Assembly (NCBI GenBank): GCA_965235115.1
Contig: OZ249441.1
Span: 30,442,001-30,506,000, forward strand
From: Laetmonice hystrix
Lineage: Eukaryota
Direction of reading: 5' to 3'
DNA: 64,000 nt
The position numbers and the translations under genes are program-made. The stretch's first letter is position 1; every line of letters starts with the position of its first letter. Of this stretch, positions 24,056 through 35,620 are shown in pieces. The notes beneath the pieces were generated by a model. The model was not told the origin of the DNA, did no database searches, and saw only the letters and a list, made by a program, of their open reading frames with translations.

Positions 24056-24971
24056 GGTTACTTTCTATCTGAAATCTTTTTTTTTTCAGGAAATTTTCAG
24101 GTTAATCATAGTGTTAGAGCATATATTGGGCGGGGCTATTTGCTCTGACAAAGTTAATTCAATGATGAAAGTTAAGTTATATTGTACTGTTGTCCCCTTG
24201 AAAAAATGGGTTGGGGGAGGGGAATTGCTCCATTGTTGACGCTTGAGACATCACAAGTTGGAACATGGAACCTGAAGAGCATTGGACTTGGCGCCCTGGG
24301 GAACCTAAAGACCGCAACACCACTTTCTCATAATTAATGTAACCATTTTAAACAGGCATGGGAACAGTCACGACATTTGCAGGTGGCTGAGCACTCTAGG
24401 CCTACTAATATTCTCCATTGATTCTGAATCATTGAATTCAATGTTAAATTGATAATCATTTTAAATTTAACGCTTTATTTTGAAGCTAATATCTCGACCA
24501 TGACTAAGTTATAGACTAAGTTATACACACAAAGATTAGTATTTCGTATTGCTTCAGTAGTTCAGCCTCAGCCAGGTATATCATTGCATGCTGAGTGAGA
24601 CTAGTCAGTAAGGTCGAGGATCATGATGATATTGATTTGATTAGAATCAGGTAGATAGGCCTAAGGCTAAGCCCTAACTGTTATATGCCAGGAAAGGTTC
24701 AGGCAATTTAAAATGCAAAATCCTGTGGACACATTTTACTCCACTGCCCTGGTATCAGTCGTAGCCTAGATGATCTGTCAAACTTAAACTCACTCAAACT
24801 CAAAGTCAGGCGGGGCCAGTTCAGGCAAGTCCACTGCACGTTACCTACACGTTACCCCACTCACTGCACTGGACTGGGCCGGGGGCCCCATATAATGATA
24901 GGGATAGGACGAAACCCAATGATCTGAGCGACCCGGGGCAACGCACTAGTAATGAGAGTACTAAAACTTAC

Positions 24972-25100
24972 CAGTACACTTCGGATTTGCGTCTATATAT
25001 TTGTAAAAGACAGTTTAACTGTGACTTGTCCCTTTTTGATTACGAACTTGTTCAGGAATTCGCGCCCATGTCCACCATTGTTGTTTACAGTGGCCGGTGT
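24972..25100 (-). other. CEP290: Probable non-coding first exon of CEP290 (5' end approximate)
   Basis: The ATG exon begins 13 nt upstream of the ATG at an acceptor (gatttcag, exon starts 24068). The nearest strong upstream donor on the minus strand is CTG|gtaagt at 24971, giving a 903-nt 5'UTR intron. The TSS cannot be seen. Confidence 0.55.
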
Positions 25101-25511
25101 TAGTGCCGGCAAATACTGAAATCTATCAACCCAAACTGAAATCTACGGAAACGACAGGCCTACTTATTTTCGTCGGCTACCTGTGTCAGGACAAAATGAA
25201 ATCGACCCGTCACTCATAATATATTTCTATATAGGTATAGACTGCCACATCAGACTGGTATTTAGCGTAAATCTATTTAGTCCCGTTTCGTTTTAGATGC
25301 TTTCTGTAATGTTTTACCCCTTAGAATCGATCGCGGGCTGGCTGGTTCCCTGCCTCACTCCTTCAGGCAGGGAACCAGCCGGGATCAAGGGCCGAGGTCG
25401 ATTGAGGTCAAGGTCGGAGCTGAAGGGGAGGTCAGTCGGTTTGGTCTTTGGAGAGCGCAGGAGAAGCGATGATTTTCCGATGACAGCTGTGTTGTAGAAT
25501 CTGAAACGATC
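25100..25511. promoter_or_regulatory. Putative bidirectional promoter shared by CEP290 (-) and AP4B1-like (+)
   Basis: Only ~0.5 kb separates the CEP290 first-exon donor (24971) from the AP4B1-like ATG (25512), and the genes are divergent. The interval is CpG-containing and has a duplicated actgaaatcta motif. Confidence 0.65.
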
Positions 25512-28015
25512 ATGTATGGCTATGCAGAAAGTGCGGAGAGCATAGCTTCACAGCTTGCGGAACCAGCCGTTGAAACAGACGTGGCTCATTCTAGAAAGTT
25601 ACTGAAGAAGGTAAGCCAGTGGCAGTGCAGTGACACTGACACAGTGACAGTCGCGTGTTGTGACACTGAGTGACACGTGTGACGTGAGTGTAGGGAAGCG
25701 GACTTGTGAGAAAAGAACGAGTTAAAAACGGGGCAAAACCCTGTACTGTATAGAGTCTGTAGAGTAGTGTAGGGGCTTTTTTGGTAGTGTACCCGATACG
25801 GAAATGTATCTGCACGACCGTGCCTCGCCCTCGACCGTTTTTTTTTTTTTTTGGGGGGGGGGGGGGGAGGGGGGGGCGAGAGCTCCTTAAAATTCTAGTA
25901 AGACAGTACTTAAGTGACTACCGTACTTACTAAGTTAGGGGGAGAGGGGAGAGAGAGCTCCTTAAAATTCTAGTAAGACAGTACTTTAGTGACTACTTAC
26001 TAAATACTAGTTAGTCTGAGAATCTTGACTTAGTAAGTAGTAAGTTCTATAACCTTATAGTTATGGGATGATACTGGGTTTTATGCACGACTTGCTTCAG
26101 TATTGGGTGAGCTTGTGTGGCATGCTTCTTATAGAGGGCACAAAAATTTGTTCCTAGAGTATACACCAGATGGCAGTGCAGAGAAAGTAGTCCGTAAAAT
26201 CAGTGTGATATCAGTTTTTATCAGCACGGTTGCAAAGCCATGCATGACAAAGTCGCCATAGACGGTGCATTATCACAACCACTTGCCCATATATTAATAA
26301 TAGCCTATATCATGTAGGCCCCCAATCTAACTTCGCATACCTAGGTATGTCGGCCTTGTTTTGCTGCACAAGAATAATGGTTGTAACTTTTTGAAAATAA
26401 TCCAATAAACAACAATTCTTAAGCTTTAAAGATTTCCCTTTGTTTCTCACAATAGGTCCTTCAACTAACTGCAAGTGGAAACCAGGGTCCCGGCCATCGA
26501 CTTCTCTTCCCACATGTTGTTAAACTCTTAGCCAGCAGTGATTTAATCACCAAGAAGCTGGCAGCATGGTACGTGAGCCAGACGACTCAGCAGGAGGACC
26601 TGCTGTTACTGGCAGTGAACACTTTACTGAAGGATTGCAATGACCCCAATCCCATGGTCCGGGGCTTGGCCCTCAGGACCATTGTTGGGCTAACTCAGCC
26701 AGATCTTCTACAGTATGCTGTCCAGCCGGTGATTTTGGGTCTCAAGGACCAGAGCTCCTATGTAAGGCGCATTGCCGTAACAGGTTGCCTAAAAATCCAC
26801 AGGGTGAATGCCAGCATAGTTCTGGAGAATGGTCTCGTGGATGAGCTCTACAGTATGATCAGAGACCCAGATCCTCTGGTAGTGGCCAACTGTCTGAACA
26901 CACTGGAGGACATACTCCAGGCTGAGGGTGGGGTGGTTGTCAACAAGAATATGGCCCATTACCTACTGAACAGACTGAGAATGTTCACAGAATGGGGACT
27001 GGTAGTTGTGCTTGATAAACTGAGGAAGTATGTGCCAAATGCAGAGGAGGAGGTCCTAGACATCATGAACCTCGTCGACAACTGCCTCAAACATAACAAC
27101 AGTGCGGTTGTCATGAATGCAATACATTTCTTCTTGGTGCTTATTGAGAAGTTACCACACCTCAGGGGAGAAGTTCTCAAACGTGCAAAGGGCCAGATAT
27201 TACACTGCTTGTCAGTTGGTAATCCTGAGCTGACACATATGCTACTGTGCTTTGTGGAAACTGTGCTTGACGACAAGAAGGAAATTTTTCAAGAAAACTT
27301 TCAAATGTTTTTCTGCAAGTACAATGAACCATTGTATGTGAAAAAGAAAAAGATTGAGATGCTTCCACGACTTGTGTCCCTGGAGAACATGTCTGAAATG
27401 CTGGAGGAAATTGGCATGTATTGCTCTGATGTTTCCCCATCACTGAGTCAATACGCAATCAATGCTATTGGGGACATAGCATCAGAAATGCCACAATTTC
27501 ACTCAAACTGTGTGCTAAAATTTGTGAAATTACTAGAAATGGACATTGAATATGTCTCATCAAATGTACTCCAGGTGCTGAAATGCCTGGATTTTCGACA
27601 GCATGGGAGTCTTGATGAAATCCTGCAACTTGTACCCAAAAGCCTGGATGTTGTTACAAGTGAAGATGGCAAAGGTGCCTTTTGGTGGTTCATCGGTGAG
27701 TATGGCGAGTTTGTTGATGAGGCTCCTTACATGATGGAAGCATTTGTGGAGAATGATGCAGAAGAAGCCAGCATTGGCGTTCGGCTGCAGTTACTTACAG
27801 CATCCATGAAACTTTTCTTTAAGCGCCCAGCTGAAGTGCAGGACATACTCGGCAGAGTACTGGAATCATGTGTGAACGGGAATGACTTTGATGTAAAAGA
27901 AAGGGCACTCTGGTATTATGAATTACTACAGACAGATATCCTGTTAGCACAAAGTGTTATAAGCAATCCAGATTCGATAGTTCTTCAAAGGCAGAGCGTC
28001 AAGGAATTGAGGTAA
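25512..28015 (+). CDS. AP4B1: AP-4 complex subunit beta-like (beta4-adaptin trunk only), 2 exons: 25512-25610 and 26456-28015, 552 aa
   Basis: Exon 1 reads MYGYAESAESIASQLAEPAVETDVAHSRKLLKK and ends at AAG|gtaagc. The acceptor ctcacaatag at 26455 continues in phase 0 with VLQLTASG...KKLAAWYV, extending the listed ORF 26573..28015. Beta-adaptin motifs include KDCNDPNPMVRGLALR, SYVRRIAVTGCLK and LLTASMKLFFKRPAEVQDILGRVL; EGGVVVNKNMAHYLLNR resembles beta4 specifically. The stop is TAA at 28013-28015, followed by ATTAAA at 28085-28090. Confidence 0.92.
25877..26010. repeat. Short direct duplication in the AP4B1-like intron, next to poly-T/poly-G runs
   Basis: gagagctccttaaaattctagtaagacagtactt(a/t)agtgactac occurs twice, ~75 bp apart. 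Confidence 0.75.
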
Positions 28016-28103
28016 CCCAGGAAACGTACATGATTTTACACAATTTACTGACATGAATGCTTGTATGCCATAGTTTGTGACTGTATTAAATCATTCTCTA
28101 AAC

Positions 28104-28907
28104 CAGCGGTTCTTAACCTTTTTCTTACCGTTTCCCAATTTGGCCACTACCAGAGCATTATTTCCCCCTGCCCCCCGCCCGACCTTTGGATCTTGGCAAA
28201 CTTTGGTTTCGAAGGGTAAAGGGAGAGGGCAACCCCCTCCCTTGGAAGGAAAATTTGAAAATGTTGATATTAATTGAGTGCATTTTGGTGGCATTTCAGA
28301 GGGACATTAAGGGTATATCACATAACATGCCTTGGAGGGGGAGGGGGTGGGTCAGGTGAGGGGGGATCCCCCTCCCTTGGTAGGAAAATTCAAAAATCTT
28401 GACATTAATTGAGTGCATTTTGGTGGTATTTGGGAGGGATATTAAGGGTATATCACCTAACTTGGACTTGGACAAGTTTCACCCTAACCCCCCCCCCCTA
28501 TATGCGTTTTTGAGATCTCATCATATTTACATGGATCCCGAAGACCACAAATTTCGAACCGGAAAAAGCGGAAATTTGGTAAATAAAGTATTTCTCTATG
28601 ATTCCAGACTCTCCTACACCTTATACAAAAATGATTTCCCATCAACCTGAACACATGACAATGAGAAATGGTGTAATCTTTTCAAGATTTACTGATTAAA
28701 ACTTATGCTGCATATAAAAGTCAGTTCAAGAATTATGTTTTATACCTTCTTACATTTGAGAGGCTCAATTTGGCCCTGTCGGGGTAAATAGGGCCTAGTT
28801 TGTGGCATGAATAATACAATACAAAAAAAAAGATTCTCCTATTTCCCCCCTGACATCCAGAAATCCCCCCCCCCCGGGGGAAATTTTCCCCCGGTTAAGA
28901 ACCCCTG
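28104..28907. mobile_element. Non-autonomous hAT-superfamily element (804 bp)
   Basis: TIRs CAGCGGTTCTTAACC / GGTTAAGAACCCCTG (15 bp, 1 mismatch) and a perfect 8-bp TSD CTCTAAAC (28096-28103 and 28908-28915). There is an internal ~90-bp duplication and no transposase ORF. Confidence 0.9.
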
Positions 28908-29184
28908 CTCTAAACAATCCACAGATCAATGTTATGTTATTTTAAGGTTGACCATGTAATGTTTGATGATGATTAATGGGACTTGTCTCCATAGCTTCAA
29001 ATGGTACATTTTTTCTCAGTATCACATACTTGACTACAGTAGCATCAAATTTAATATACACACGTTTATTAACACTTTGATATAGTACAGGATAATGATG
29101 TTCTTTTTGTTCCTCAAGGGGTGGTACTGACATCTATTTAGATTTTAGTTCTATTATTGTCTGACGCGGAAATTCATAATACAT

Positions 29185-30140
29185 GAACATGTAACTAGAT
29201 AGCGTGTGGCGATGCCACAAGGGATCCCATCCCAGGGGTGACGTCATGCAGTTATGACGTCGTCATGGAACTCGGTGTCAATTAAAAGGCCATAGGCCTA
29301 TATGACTTCCTATTCCTGTTCAATACTAATCATGGCTTTATCTCCCACCGTTTATGAGTTATAGGCCTTAGAAAATATTGATGACGTCATTAAGACGTTA
29401 TACGTCACGCTACGTCATGAATCTTGATGTGATCTATGACTTCCTATTCATGTTCAATAGGAACCATGGCTTTATCTCCCACCATTTACGAGTTATAGGC
29501 CTTAGAAAATTTTTATCATTATGACGTCATACATGATGCTACATCATTAATGTTGGTGTCAATTGAAAGAACATTTATGACTTCATATTCGAGTTTAATA
29601 GTAACTATGGTCCTACAGGATGACCCCCCAAAACGGAACCCATACTAAGCTTTCTAAAATCTGTAATTCTCTATAGAATTTGTTCAGATTTGGTATGCCT
29701 TAACTATGATATGTGCCTGATGTCCTTGCACAGTTTTAGTCAATTCCAATTTCTGGTTCGGATTTTATGCCCTGTTAAAAATATGCTCCAAATGTCTCCC
29801 ACGGCGTTGTAAGCACACTTGGATTCTGCGGGCGAAGTTGTCAATCACACGCACACATTCCTCACGCGCTCCTAGGCCCCAGGAGAGCAACAAACCGACC
29901 CTTTCGTGTTCAATAGTATAGGCCTAACCATCTGGCACCGTTTACAAGTTATCACCCTGAGCATATATCAATGACATCCTTATGACATCATAGGTCACGT
30001 GACCTAAAAATCATGATGCCAAACAAATGAGCAAATACATGTATGACTTCTTATTTCTCCTCAATAGTAACCATAACCCTATCAAGCACCGTTGACACGT
30101 TATCACTCTGAGAAGATATCAAGAACATCCTTATGACGAA
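29185..30140. mobile_element. Dispersed non-autonomous repeat with degenerate internal units (Helentron/HINE-like, tentative), interrupted by a Tc1/mariner-like end at ~29614
   Basis: tatgacttc(c/a/t)tatt..ttcaatag.aaccatgg units recur at ~29300, 29436, 29577 and 30043. TA|CAGGATGACCCCCCAAAACGGAACC at 29614 has no partner end. Family assignment is from recollection only. Confidence 0.4.
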
Positions 30141-31742
30141 AGTTGGCTTTTTTTAAAGCTATTTTGAATAAAACTCCTCAAAATCTCGAATATAGTTGTG
30201 TTGCTCAGCTTTACACTGACTTATAATTGACCTAGACAAGTGCCGTATAGTTTAACCTCTTGAGGTAAACACAAGTCGTGTACAAGCCATTACTTCTCAG
30301 AGTAAATCCACTGTGACTGCAGTTGGGTACTTGAGAGTGAAGTTTGAGTAGAATTACGGCCATGTTAACGACAAAATGTCAGTTCTCGGGGTTGTGGTTA
30401 TCATAAGATTGGACCTCACCACCGCGTTGAAATGAATGCTCCCATGCCTACATAGACATTCAGCTATCGTGTAGGCCATAAAACCATGGCGCGCATCGAC
30501 AGGCCTGATCCGAGATAAAGAAAGCGGATCATAGATCGACCACCTGTCAGCTGTAGTGGATCATCCCTACGACAGGTAGGATATCACACTGTACAGATGG
30601 CAGTCGTAGCTAGCCTGTGTGTTCTCAGATATTTTACCGCCGTATACGGGGCGGCCAGAGGACGGCGGTGCAGAAAACGGTCGATGTCATTGTGTATAAA
30701 GAATGTGAAAATCGAAGTATCGGACCACCCCTTGTTGTATAGGACTATTGCTGTATTTGTAAGACTTTTTAGTCAGGCGAAGTAGTAGTAATGCCTCGCT
30801 CGATTAGATTAGGCAGTTCTTCCTCTCTCAGATTTCCTTCATTGTAGTGGTGCGAGTAGAGGATTCAAGTTGGGTATCTATATAAAAATGGTCTGGACGC
30901 CTACCCGGACCCCCCCCCCCCCCCCATTTCTGCGGATGCACACATGCTCGAGATAGCAGGTTCGCACCGAGACTTTTTCCCCGGGTCACCGTGGTTCAGT
31001 ATGAACTCAAATGATCTTACCGGTCAAGTGTCAGATACCCCGGGTCAACTTGACTAACTTTATTTCTTTATATTTCTTGCAGTGTACACTAACTGAGAGA
31101 AAAGGTCCATTCCTACGCCTACAATATTGTAATTGGTTTCAACGTACCGGGGGTATACTGAATTGGGGGGGGGTAACATCAAAATTGGTAGGCCTACAGG
31201 CTACACAGAGACAAGTGGTTTCCCGCCCGTGTAAGCACTCGTATAGTGGGTTACCCGATCAGCAGTGACTCCAGGTGGCGCACTAGTATGTAGAGGCCTT
31301 AGGATCAACATAGTGTAAAATACCGACGGTATAGGCCTACTATATTGTCGTGTATATGGTCCGCCTCCTCCCCCTATGAATATTATAATTAGCCACTCCC
31401 GATCGTGCGGCCATTACGGACATCTGATGTAGAGGCCGACCTGATCCTCCCACAGCTGGCGTCCCGCCGTACCACTCTCCGTCAGATGGGCCGAGTCACA
31501 ACACAGACAATAGGTCCATGCACCCCGGATTTATACTTGATAGACCCCGCCAACCAGACAGAGGAACAAAAGCGCCCTCTGGCCAGGACAATATTATAGA
31601 AACAGAGGGACGCCACTGTGGGAGCCAAAAATACTAACTGTCCCTCGGTTTTACTAAAACCCTCACAAACGCTAAAAGGCCAAGTTGATGGCCGGCCGTC
31701 CTGGGGAGACGGAGGGCCCTTTCATCGCTTAGGTGTGAAGTG

Positions 31743-32232
31743 CCGGTGTCACATCGAAAACTGACTCCCGTAGTAAATTGACCCCCGGGTCACTTTTCCA
31801 CAGTGGTAAATCTGTGGTAATCTGACCCTCAATGAAAAGTTAAGATATTTCTTGTTCTGTATTTATTTTTTATACTTATGGAAAGGATACAAAACATGTT
31901 TTTGTTCATGTCGTACTCAATTTGTCAATCTGCTCAATTTGCAAATAGCGTTAATTCAAATAGACCTAACCCTAAACTTACCTTAACCCTAACCGAGGGG
32001 CGTACAGGTAGCACCCGTATCTGCAAAGTGAGTAGACCCTCTATACTACATGGTTAAAAACTGTTGAAAGATACCAAGAAGCAGGAAAATCACGATAGAT
32101 TTCAATGTAAACACGTTATGCCAAATATGTTATTCAACATGGGTCATTTTTCCACAGGGTGGTAAAGTGACCCGGGGGTCAATTTACCACGTGGTAAATT
32201 GACCCCGGGGTCACTTTACCACATCACACCGG
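31743..32232 (+). mobile_element. ~490-bp MITE copy 1 (CCGGTGT..ACACCGG ends)
   Basis: Subterminal gggtcaatttaccac/gtggtaaagtgaccc repeats and an internal cctaaccctaaacttaccttaaccctaacc motif. It aligns end-to-end with the reverse complement of 32371-32929. Confidence 0.8.
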
Positions 32233-32370
32233 CTTCCAAGGCGGCGGTATCCACCCTCTTTGATGAGCCAGACCTGGCCCAAGGAGACGTGGCTCGCCGT
32301 CTCTCCCACCTTACAACCCAGTCGGGCGGGGGACGACAACCTGGACCCGCGGGAGCTGGAGGTGTGAATG

Positions 32371-32929
32371 CCGGTGTGATGTGGTAAAGTGACCCCGTGG
32401 TAAAGTGACCCGGGGGTCAATTTACCACGTGGTAAATCGACCCCCGGGTCACTTTACCACAGTGGAAAAGTCACCTCCCCTGTGGAAAAATGACCCAGGT
32501 TGAATAACATAGATATTAGGCATAACGTCTTTACATTGGAATCTATCGTCATTTTCCTGCTTCTTGGTATTTTTCAACAGTTTTGACACCTGTAGTACTC
32601 ACTTTCGCGACTTGCGCATATTTAAAAGGGCAAACCAGCAGATACGGGCGCTACCTGCACGCCCATTGGTTAGGGTTAAGGTAAGTTTAGGGTTAGGTCT
32701 ATTTGAATTAACACTATTTGCAAACTGCGCAGATTGACAAATTGAGTACGACATGTGAACAAAAACATCCATTTGTATCCTTTCCATAAATATAAGAAAT
32801 AAACAGAACAAGAAATGTCTTAACTTTTTCTTGATGGTCAGATTACCACAGGGAGGGTCACTTTTCCACTGTGGAAAAGTGACCCAGGGGTCAATTTACC
32901 ACGGGGGTCAGTTTTCGATGTGACACCGG
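32371..32929 (-). mobile_element. ~560-bp MITE copy 2, inverted relative to copy 1
   Basis: Same termini and body as 31743-32232 in opposite orientation, with several substitutions and indels. Confidence 0.8.
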
Positions 32930-33871
32930 TGAATCTAACAGGGAGCTTGCTTTCCCTCTGATCCCTGGCCACAGTCCGGCGGGCGTTCACACCACCCCTA
33001 CCTTCCGGGCTAATCACAGCACTGGCGTCCCCACGTGACCGACCCCCAGACCCTGCTATTGGAAGCCTGGCTGACCAATCCGGTGAGGGGCCCGTCTTCC
33101 CCCAGGTATATATACCCCCAACTTTACGGCAATAAAGCAGAGTTTTACTCAGTGTTCAGTCACCGTATAATAACTGTTCACCTTCTTCGGTTCTTCAACT
33201 CTCGGGTAGCCTAGCTCCCTGGTATACCGCCCCCCCCCCCCCCACGCCCTGCACGCCACCGGGCATGCACTGCACTTAGGGAACCGACCGCCGGTCACCC
33301 TCCCTACCTATGTGTGTTAGGAGACGGACCCTCCGCCCCTAACACTGGCGACCACACCACCACGCCCCTTGTAGGTAAGTGTGCGCCCTCTGGCGGGAAC
33401 TCGCTCATGACGAACCCAGTCAACACGGGGCGCGCCAACTTTACAACATGGCGACCACGACGAGACCAGCGTGATGATATCTTTCATCTGGTGACTGCGA
33501 TAATTTGTATAAACGGTCGGTGGCCGCGACTTTACAATAGTATGTAGAGGCCTCAGAACCAATGGCAATGGATTCGACCCATCCATTGTATGCTAAAGAA
33601 AAAGTGTTGGCTTAATTAGCCTACCAGAAAATATCTCCTTGCATGGCACCATTTGCCACCGAGTCAAAAAGGTACAGAAAAGCACTGCAATTCTTTTGGA
33701 ACTGTCTTGATACTGCAAGGAGTTTATTTTATTTTTGTTCCATTGTTACGGGTCATTATGACCTCTACCGGCTTAATCCTGCATGATTTGCATTCAGACT
33801 GCAGTTAATCCGGATGCGGAGTTGGCCCAAGACAGCTAATCCCTCTTTCTGGCTTAGCTAAGTTAGCTGCT

Positions 33872-34202
33872 GCGTTGTGTATTCAGTAATGGAATTTCAC
33901 TTTCGGAATTCAGATAGATTGGTCCCAAAAGTGTCGTCCGAAAGACGTTTAATGGAAGTACAATGAAGTTAACCCGGGCTAAGCGCGTTCACATATAGCT
34001 CACCACCACTGACCCGTGTATTACCCGGGGAAAGCCTCAGTGAGAACCTGCCCCAAGGTTCCGGCTTCATGTCTTTAACATGGAATTAATGGACAGAATA
34101 TGAGAGTTCATTGTCCTTCCATTAAATGTCTTTCGGACGACCATTTTGGGACCAATTGATTTGAATTTCGAAAGTGAAATTCCATTACTGAATACACAAC
34201 GC
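33872..34202. mobile_element. MITE with ~100-bp inverted arms
   Basis: gcgttgtgtattcagtaatggaatttcactttcg..ttggtcccaaaa..gtcgtccgaaagac is mirrored by ..gaaagtgaaattccattactgaatacacaacgc. Confidence 0.8.
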
Positions 34203-34600
34203 CTCAAGTGCATGGAACATCCTCATGACAAAGGAATCAGTACCAATAGTCAGGCTCTCCCCCCCCCCCCCCCCATGATCTAGGGCCGCTGAAAAACGAT
34301 GTTTGAACAGAGAAGGAGTGATTATTGGAGGATTTCTGTCTGAGGCTCATTGAGACGCCTCCGGTCTTGGCAATTAGCATTATCATTTCATGATCAACTA
34401 CCGACGTGGAGGGCGCCTGACAGAATTTTCTAAAATTCGGCCTAAGGCAATTTATGACCAAGCTGTTTCTTATTCACAACGAACTCCTCCATTCATCCTC
34501 TTCAATAACCATTGCATTTTAATAAGAAATCTCAAGGGTAACATGTCATAACAGGACTCTTAATCACATCTCTATCGTCCCCTAATTCCATCACCGTGAC

Positions 34601-35620
34601 CAGGTGAGGGGACGGCTACCTTGGTGAGGGGACTATACCACCTTGGTGAGGGGACTGTCACATTGGTGGGGGACTGCCACCGTGGTGAGGGGACTGTCAC
34701 CTTGGTGGGGAGATTGCTACCTTGGTGAGGGGACTGTCACCTTGGTGAGGGGACTGTCACCTTGGTGAGGATACTGTCACCTTGATGAGGGGACCACCAC
34801 CTTGGTGAGGGGACTGTCACCTTGGTGAGGGGACTGTCACCTTGGTGAGGGGACTGCTACCTTGGTCAGGGGGTTGTCACCTTGGTGAGGGGACTACCAC
34901 CTTGGTGAGGGGACTGTCACATTGGTGAGGGGACTGCCACCTTGGCGAGGGGACTGTCACATTGGTGGGGGACTGCCACCGTGGTGAGGGGACTGTCACC
35001 TTGGTGGGGAGATTGCTACCTTGGTGAGGGGGCTGTCACATTGGTGAGGGGACTACCACCTTGGTGAGGGGACTGTCACATTGGTGGGGGACTGCCACCG
35101 TGGTGAGGGGACTGTCACCTTGGTGAGGGGACTGTCACCTTGGTGAGGGGACTACCACCTTGGTCAGGGGACTGCCACCTTGGTGAGGGGACTGCCACCT
35201 TGGTGAGGGGTCTGCTATCTTGGTGGGGGGTGGGGTGGGGGGGGTCATGTCTTGGTGATGGTCCTGTCACCTTAGTGAGGGGCCTGTCACCTTGGTGAGT
35301 GGTCTAGTAACTGTCTTGGTGAGGGGACTGCTATCTTGGTGGGGGGACTGTCACCTTGGTGAGGGGACTGTCACCTTGGTGAGGGGACTGCCAACTTGGT
35401 GAGGGGACTGCCACCTTGGTGAGGGGTCTGTCACCTTGGTGAGGGGACTGTCACCTTGGTGAGTGGTCTAGTAACTGTCTTGGTGAGGGGACTGCTATCT
35501 TGGTGGGGGGACTGTCACCTTGGTGATGGTCCTGTCACCTTGGTGAGTGGTCTACTGTTTTGGTGAGGGGACTGCTATCTTGGTGAGGGGACTGCTATCT
35601 TGGTGAGGGGACTGGTACCT
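34601..35620. repeat. 20-bp G-rich minisatellite, ~50 copies
   Basis: Unit cttggtgaggggactgtcac with variant ends (gccac, accac, gctat), arranged head-to-tail. Confidence 0.95.

Noticed and set aside
26959-27693. Minus-strand ORFs over the AP4B1-like exon
   Set aside because: These are antisense shadows of the real coding frame.
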